From Terriglobia bacterium (lineage in GTDB: Bacteria; Acidobacteriota; Terriglobia; 20CM-2-55-15), in NCBI GenBank assembly GCA_965218585.1, contig CBDCLE010000012.1:128001-192000 (forward strand): a stretch of 64,000 nucleotides of DNA, in the 5' to 3' direction. Both the position numbers and the translations under genes were made by a program. Of the stretch, positions 58,554 to 64,000 are shown piece after piece (the stretch's first letter is position 1; every line of letters starts with the position of its first letter). The notes under the pieces are model-generated. The model was not told where the DNA came from. It ran no database searches and saw nothing but the letters and a program-made list of their open reading frames with translations.

Positions 58554-59792
58554 GTGAAGTTTCCCGCCTCGCTCCAGCAATGGCGTAAGAACCAGCTTGC
58601 CGTTTCGATTTCCGGATCGGGCGTGTGGCTGGGAAACACGCTGGTCATGCCCTTCCTGCCCATTTTCGTTCGCCAACTCGGCGTAGAGGGAACGGGTGCA
58701 ACGGCATTCTGGACCGGCGTACTGTTCGCCGTCAGCCCTGCGTTGGCGGCGCTGACAGGACCGATCTGGGGACGGATTGGCGACCGCTACGGCATGCGGT
58801 GGGTCACCGCGCGCGCAGCAGCCGGCAACTCCTTGTGTTGGTTCCTGATGCCCTTTGCGGACAACGTCTGGCACGCCCTGGCGTTCCGTACGGCTCTGGG
58901 CGTACTCGGTGGATTCAACAACGTGTCGGTTGCAGCCATTACCCAGCTCACGCCCAAGGAACAGACCTCACGCGTCATCGGCACATTGCAATCAACGCAG
59001 ATCCTGAGCGCAGCTGTTGGGCCCATCGTGGGTGCCTTGCTGGCCCAGTCGATCGGAATTCGGAACACTTTCTTTGTAACGTCGCTTGTAATGTTCGGCT
59101 CATTCTTGAGCATTCTGTTGCTTTACCGCGACCGAGCCCGGCACTCGGCCGATCGCGACGCGACGAAAGAGAAACGCCCCTCAAGGGGATACCTCAGGAA
59201 GCCCGAATACCTGGTCCCCATGCTGATCCTGTTTTCGATTCAGATGACGAACCGAACGCACGCACCCGTCGTGCCTCTTTTCCTCGAGGAGTTGGGGACA
59301 CCGACGAGGGCGCTAATTACCGTCGCCGGAGCCCTGTTTTCGATCGCAGCTATCGGTGAAGCCTTTTCTGCCTGGCTCTCGGGAAGGCTGGTCGGCCGGA
59401 TCCACATCAATCGACTCTTGTTGGTACGACTCGGGTTCGGCGTCGCCTTTCTGACGCCGTTGGCCCTGGCCCAGACCTCAACAGCGTTCTTTGTCTGGCG
59501 CATTGCCCTGGCGTTCGTCGCAGGGGGCATCCTGACGCTCGCCTACGCCGCCGCAGGTGACGTCATACCCAGCGAACAACGGAGTTCGGGATATAGCATT
59601 CTCTCGAGCATGTTGATGTTGGGGGGCTCTCTTGGCCCAATAGTGGCTGGACTTCTGGCTGGACTCAGCTTGCGGGCGGTCTTTTTCTTCAATATCGCGG
59701 TCTATGCGTGTCTGATTGTGGTTGTTCTGGCTTATGGGACAGCTCGAACCGCCGACGGTGGAACCCGGACTGAACCGCTCGACGAACCCTAG
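58554..59792 (+). CDS. MFS transporter (DHA1-like)
   Basis: About 12 hydrophobic helices and motif A WGRIGDRYG. Confidence 0.9.
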   Translation: MKFPASLQQWRKNQLAVSISGSGVWLGNTLVMPFLPIFVRQLGVEGTGATAFWTGVLFAVSPALAALTGPIWGRIGDRYGMRWVTARAAAGNSLCWFLMPFADNVWHALAFRTALGVLGGFNNVSVAAITQLTPKEQTSRVIGTLQSTQILSAAVGPIVGALLAQSIGIRNTFFVTSLVMFGSFLSILLLYRDRARHSADRDATKEKRPSRGYLRKPEYLVPMLILFSIQMTNRTHAPVVPLFLEELGTPTRALITVAGALFSIAAIGEAFSAWLSGRLVGRIHINRLLLVRLGFGVAFLTPLALAQTSTAFFVWRIALAFVAGGILTLAYAAAGDVIPSEQRSSGYSILSSMLMLGGSLGPIVAGLLAGLSLRAVFFFNIAVYACLIVVVLAYGTARTADGGTRTEPLDEP

Positions 59793-59831
59793 GACACTCC
59801 GCTATCGGTCATCAGCTGAGGCGACAAGTGG

Positions 59832-60998
59832 CTAAGGGACGCTAATCCATTCCTCGGGCGCCTTCATGAGACGTTCACAGCCTGTCTCCGTGATGACAAA
59901 GGTGTTTTCTATACCGGCGCCTCCGACTCCTGGATAGAAGATTTTCGGTTCCATCGCCAGAACGACTCCGGGTTCGAGGGGCTCGTCAAACCGAGGCGCG
60001 ATCACCGGCAGTTCGTCCAACTCCAGGCCGACACCATGCGCGATAAAGCGGACCTGGTTCTCAGCAGCACCCATGAAATGGGTGGCATAGTCGCTCCCGG
60101 CCAGGCGTTCCTGGGCTTTGGCGTAGATTTCGCCGGGAACATTGCCAGGTTTGAGCTGTTCTTCCAACCAGGCATTCAGTTCGAGGATAAACGCATGGGT
60201 GTCGGCAACCTGGGTCGACGGTTCCCCGAGCGAATACGCTCTGGATCCATCGGCGATGTAACCTCCATGGCCGCCGACGATGTCGACCATAACCGGTTCC
60301 CCCCGAACCAGAGTTTTGCGGCCGGCCATCAATGGCACGGCCGGATACAGCCCCCTCACACCGACCGGCCCGTCGAAGCTATGGGGATAGGCGCTCGTAT
60401 CTCCGAAAGAGACCGCCCCGTAGTGCATCTCCATATTGAAACGACGCAAACGGGTGAAACCCTGGTGTCCTTCCATGCGCATGACGTACTCGATCCGGGC
60501 GCCCAGTTCAAACTCGGCAATCCCTTCTCGAAGCTGGCCTGGAATGTCGAGAAACGCGGCGTCCACCATGCGAGCCGCCTGACGGATATGGTCGATCTCA
60601 AATTCCGTCTTTACTGAACGGGCTCGCCTTAGAGAAAGAGATGCATCGACGAACTCCAGATCCGGAAAGGCCTTGCTGATCTGCCGATGGACGGCCACTG
60701 GCACGACATCGAATTCCAGGCCCACGACTTCAGCAGAGGGAAAGAGCCCGGCAAGCTCTGAGTATTTTCTAAACCCAACGATGTTTGTCAGTGGGGATTC
60801 TGTTTTCGCCCGAGAGACACTCTTTCGAACCGCAAAAACAGGCTCGCCCTCGAGGGGAAACCAGAGGACTCCATCCTGAACTGTGCCACTCAGATAAAAC
60901 TGATCAACGTTCTGAACGAGGAGCAGCGCGTCGCAATCCATGAATCTGCGGACGCGTGCCCAACGCCGTTCAAGTTCTTCTCTGGGGACATACTCCAT
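59832..60998 (-). CDS. M24-family (Xaa-Pro) peptidase
   Basis: VKTEFE, GYIADGSR, HGVGLELDE, EPK and GIENT motifs. Start placed after the AGAGGA ribosome-binding site. Confidence 0.88.
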   Translation of the reverse strand: MEYVPREELERRWARVRRFMDCDALLLVQNVDQFYLSGTVQDGVLWFPLEGEPVFAVRKSVSRAKTESPLTNIVGFRKYSELAGLFPSAEVVGLEFDVVPVAVHRQISKAFPDLEFVDASLSLRRARSVKTEFEIDHIRQAARMVDAAFLDIPGQLREGIAEFELGARIEYVMRMEGHQGFTRLRRFNMEMHYGAVSFGDTSAYPHSFDGPVGVRGLYPAVPLMAGRKTLVRGEPVMVDIVGGHGGYIADGSRAYSLGEPSTQVADTHAFILELNAWLEEQLKPGNVPGEIYAKAQERLAGSDYATHFMGAAENQVRFIAHGVGLELDELPVIAPRFDEPLEPGVVLAMEPKIFYPGVGGAGIENTFVITETGCERLMKAPEEWISVP

Positions 60999-61027
60999 CA
61001 ACATTCCTCTGATTAACGATTGATTAT

Positions 61028-61098
61028 AGGGGACGGCGACCGAATTTCTCGCCGAACACTTCCGGCAATCAAAACAAGGAATTCGGTCTCTGTCCCTA
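61028..61098. repeat. Imperfect inverted repeat element (GGGAC...GAATT type)
   Basis: AGGGGACGGCGACCGAATTTC ... GGAATTCGGTCTCTGTCCCTA. Confidence 0.55.
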
Positions 61099-61129
61099 CT
61101 TTTTTGGACACGTCCCTGTTTCCTGATAT

Positions 61130-61290
61130 GATTTCGATGAACTTCGGATGAGGGAAAGCGGTGAGACGCCGCTACTGCCCCGCAACTGTAAGACGACAAG
61201 TTCCCACACCACAGCCACTGCCGGAGAGAAACCGGTGGGAAGGCGCTATCGATTGCGGTGTCGTCGAGTCAGGAAACCTCCCGAGGAAAT
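61130..61290 (+). promoter_or_regulatory. Cobalamin riboswitch
   Basis: GGGAAAGCGGTG, CTGCCCCGCAACTGTAA, GCCACTG, GGGAAGGC and GAGTCAGGAAACCT elements in order. Ends are approximate. Confidence 0.92.
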
Positions 61291-61313
61291 GACCTTTCGA
61301 GGGAGAGGAATCC

Positions 61314-62219
61314 ATGACTCTATCTTGCCTGTTCCGATTTCGACCCGGTGTCCCGGTTATAGCCACGTTCCTGCTGCTGTCGGCCTGCACAGCGCCGGAT
61401 AACTCCGGCCCACAGGAGGCGGCTGTTCCCGAACGCATCATATCGCTTGTACCCACAGTCACCGAAACACTCTTCGCTCTCGGTGCGGGCGACCGCGTCG
61501 TCGGCGTCAGTGATTTCGATAACTACCCGCCGGAAGCGGCTACGCGGCCGCGTGTTGGAGCTCTCATCAATCCCAACCTCGAGAGAATATTCGAGCTGCA
61601 ACCAGACCTGGTGATCACCTACGGGACACAGTCTCTCCTGCGGGAACGACTTGCTGGGGAAGGCATTCGACAGGTTCCGTTCGTGTCCGGAAGCATCGAC
61701 CATGTATTGGAATCGATCCGAACACTGGGCCGTGAAGTGGGCATGGCTGCCGAAGGCGAACGACTCTCAAATGAAATCAGTGAAGAGTTGGAAAGAATTC
61801 GGTCCGGATCGACTGGCGAGAATCCCAACGTGCTCCTGGTTCACAGCCGGGAAGTCGGAACGATGGGTTCTTTCTATTCGGGTGGCGCCCTGTCTTACTT
61901 CGATGAGTTGATCGACCTTGGCGGTGGGCAGAATATATTCGGCGATGTCGATGAAAACATTTTTCAACCTTCGCTGGAAGAGGTCCTCAAACGTGCTCCC
62001 GAAGTCATCATCGAGTTGTTGCCTTCCGATTCGGACGGCAACGCGCGCATCGACCAGAGACTGGCCGACTGGCAGGCACTGGAGTCGGTTCCAGCCGTTC
62101 GTGATGGGCGGGTTTACGTCCTCGCCGGAGACCACCTGTTACTGGTAGGCCCCCGCCTTCACTTAGCCGCGGCTGACATCGCGAACGCCATCCGGGACCG
62201 GTCCCTCACTTCGAACTAG
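61314..62219 (+). CDS. btuF: Cobalamin-binding lipoprotein (BtuF-like)
   Basis: Lipobox LSAC, RIISLVPTVTE, VVGVS...YP and PNLE..PDLV motifs, downstream of the B12 riboswitch. Confidence 0.82.
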   Translation: MTLSCLFRFRPGVPVIATFLLLSACTAPDNSGPQEAAVPERIISLVPTVTETLFALGAGDRVVGVSDFDNYPPEAATRPRVGALINPNLERIFELQPDLVITYGTQSLLRERLAGEGIRQVPFVSGSIDHVLESIRTLGREVGMAAEGERLSNEISEELERIRSGSTGENPNVLLVHSREVGTMGSFYSGGALSYFDELIDLGGGQNIFGDVDENIFQPSLEEVLKRAPEVIIELLPSDSDGNARIDQRLADWQALESVPAVRDGRVYVLAGDHLLLVGPRLHLAAADIANAIRDRSLTSN

Positions 62220-62361
62220 GAATCCAGGACTCATGTCCGTCAACTCAGGATCTGTCATAGTCTTTCCTCTTGTAGGAATTACTTGTATTGGGACTGTGGC
62301 GGATGTCGTTAATTCAAAACGGGAAAGAGCCCGCCGAACAACACAGGAACCAGTTCGACGC

Positions 62362-62391
62362 TTGACCATTTTCAAGTATAAACCTTAGAAT
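62362..62391 (+). promoter_or_regulatory. Putative sigma70 promoter of carD
   Basis: TTGACC-N18-TAGAAT. Confidence 0.45.
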
Positions 62392-62415
62392 GGTTAAACA
62401 CCTGCGGTAGGATTT

Positions 62416-62925
62416 ATGGAAGAGTTTGAAATTGGCGATCAGGTGGTTTACCCAAACCATGGGGTCGGACTTATCGAAAAGATCTCGAATCGCCTGGTTC
62501 AAGGGAAGTTCGAAAGATTCTACCTATTAAGAATCTGCTCCAACGACATTCTCGTGATGGTTCCGACCGCCAACGCCCAGGACGTCGGCTTGAGGCGCAC
62601 GATCGACAGCAAACAGGTTAATCGTCTTTTTACTTTTCTCTCCAACAAAGACTTCTTTTCGCAGCGGGATTGGAAAGACCGTTTTAAGGAAAACTCTGAA
62701 AAAATGCGGTCGGGTTCCATTTTCCACGTTGCCGAGGTCTATAAGAACCTCGTTTACCTCAACAAGATCAAGCCTCTGTCTTTCCGGGAAAAACGAATGC
62801 AGGACCGGGCACGTTTTCTGCTCGTGTCGGAACTGGCGTCGGTAATGAGCGTTCCCGAAGATGATATCGAAGGCCGGATAGACAAAAGAGTCGATAAGGC
62901 CTGCGCCAAAGTCCCTGTCGCCTAA
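62416..62925 (+). CDS. carD: CarD-family transcription regulator
   Basis: FEIGDQVVYPNHGVG, VGLR, WKDRF and LSFREK motifs. Confidence 0.93.
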   Translation: MEEFEIGDQVVYPNHGVGLIEKISNRLVQGKFERFYLLRICSNDILVMVPTANAQDVGLRRTIDSKQVNRLFTFLSNKDFFSQRDWKDRFKENSEKMRSGSIFHVAEVYKNLVYLNKIKPLSFREKRMQDRARFLLVSELASVMSVPEDDIEGRIDKRVDKACAKVPVA

Positions 62926-62945
62926 GCCTGTTCCAGGCCTCCCTT

Positions 62946-64000
62946 ATGCCTTCGATTCTGCTCATCATTCTGCTTTTTGTCTTTCTCCTTTTGTCCGGAC
63001 TGTTCTCCCTATCGGAAACTGCTGTCCTGTCCAGCAACCGATACCGAATCCGGCACCTGGCGGCAACCGGTAACAAGCAAGCTAAGAAACTGGCCCTGTG
63101 GCTCGACGCTCCTCAGAAACTACTCGCCACAATTCTGTTGGGAAACAACTTCGCCAACATCGGAGCTGCGACTGTGGCCGCTGCAATGGTCGCGCGCACG
63201 GTGGCCGAAGAACAACGCGACGTGTTTCTGGCGCTGGAAACTGTCGCGCTAACACTCGTCGTTCTGCTGTTCTGCGAACTGGGACCGAAAGCGTTTGCAA
63301 CGCGGACTCCCGAGCGAACGAGCTTGCGACTTGTCGTGCCAATCGAACTCTGGATGCGAATCTCCTATCCGATCGCTCGGCTGAGCATCAATTTCGCAGG
63401 GCTCTTCTACCGCAGCGTACGCGAAGACCATCGGTCGCTGGCGGCATCAATCTCTGACGTCGAACTCAAATCCATCATCAATTCTTATACGCAGGATCGT
63501 CGGAAGATGCTCGAACGCGTTCTCGAGTTCTCCGAGCGTCAGGTGCGAGATGTGATGGTTCCCCGTATGAAGACAGTAGCGATGGCGATCGACACGCCCA
63601 TCGAAGAGGTTCTGAACATCGTCGAAACCACACGAATGACCCGCTTTCCGGTCTACCAGGGGAGCATGGACAACGTACTCGGCATCATGCACGGCAAGGA
63701 CCTGATGCCTTACCTGCACTCATCAAAATCCTTCCGCCTGTCCCAACTACTACGAAGACCCGTTTTCATTCCCGATACAGCTCGACTGAACAACGCCATT
63801 CGGGTCCTCCAGTCGGCACAAACACATCTGGGCATCGTTGTCGATGAACACGGTGGCGTCGAAGGAATCGTGACCCTGGAAGATCTGATCGAACAGATCG
63901 TCGGCGAAATTCAGGACGAGCACGACATCGAAGTCGACGAAATAATTCCGCAGCCAAACGGAAGCTACGTGATCGATGCTGGAATTTCAGTGAGAGAACT
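62946..64000 (+). CDS. CNNM/HlyC-CorC membrane protein (DUF21 + CBS), 3'-partial
   Basis: Not in the ORF track because it runs off the end. Reads MPSILLII...SGLFSLSETAV, TILLGNN, VMVPR, RFPVY, VVDEHGGVEGIVTLEDLIEQIVGEIQDE. Confidence 0.92.
   Translation, partial: MPSILLIILLFVFLLLSGLFSLSETAVLSSNRYRIRHLAATGNKQAKKLALWLDAPQKLLATILLGNNFANIGAATVAAAMVARTVAEEQRDVFLALETVALTLVVLLFCELGPKAFATRTPERTSLRLVVPIELWMRISYPIARLSINFAGLFYRSVREDHRSLAASISDVELKSIINSYTQDRRKMLERVLEFSERQVRDVMVPRMKTVAMAIDTPIEEVLNIVETTRMTRFPVYQGSMDNVLGIMHGKDLMPYLHSSKSFRLSQLLRRPVFIPDTARLNNAIRVLQSAQTHLGIVVDEHGGVEGIVTLEDLIEQIVGEIQDEHDIEVDEIIPQPNGSYVIDAGISVRE

Noticed and set aside
1-64000. Numerous overlapping or antisense ORFs in the track, and tRNA/rRNA genes
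   Set aside because: Shadow ORFs overlap well-supported genes and lack motifs. No tRNA or rRNA signature was recognised by eye.

Overview
About 57% GC bacterial chromosome segment, probably Acidobacteriota (inferred from gene content). It has four parts. (1) 1-14 kb is a decaying accessory region: panB-like gene, ABC transporter, GxxExxY nuclease gene, deleted C39-peptidase exporter plus HlyD, Uma2, several broken vapC toxin genes, three IS256 copies and an IS1595 remnant. (2) 14-43 kb is a scrambled surface-polysaccharide locus (rfbF/G/H, upxY, gmd, fcl, kdsD, glycosyl- and methyltransferases) mixed with intact housekeeping genes (rlmD, mnmA, iscU, iscS, gltA). It is cut by two inverted copies of an IS21-like DDE element whose split 6-bp target duplication records a ~23-kb inversion through rfbG, and it ends at a fourth IS256 copy. 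(3) 43-64 kb is mostly intact core: comEC (frameshifted), mltD, ECF sigma operon, M16 peptidase, tsaE, nnr, argD, NUDIX, MFS, M24 peptidase, cobalamin riboswitch with btuF-like gene, carD and a CNNM protein. It also hides a UGA-recoded selenoprotein peroxiredoxin. (4) Throughout the window, about a dozen short palindromic elements built from 8-9-nt CRCRRAG units sit at gene ends, and one set of these arms brackets the GxxExxY PD-(D/E)xK nuclease gene. This nuclease plus repeat family is the best candidate for an undescribed REPIN/MITE-like mobile system. All calls come from reading the sequence and recalled family motifs; no database searches were run.
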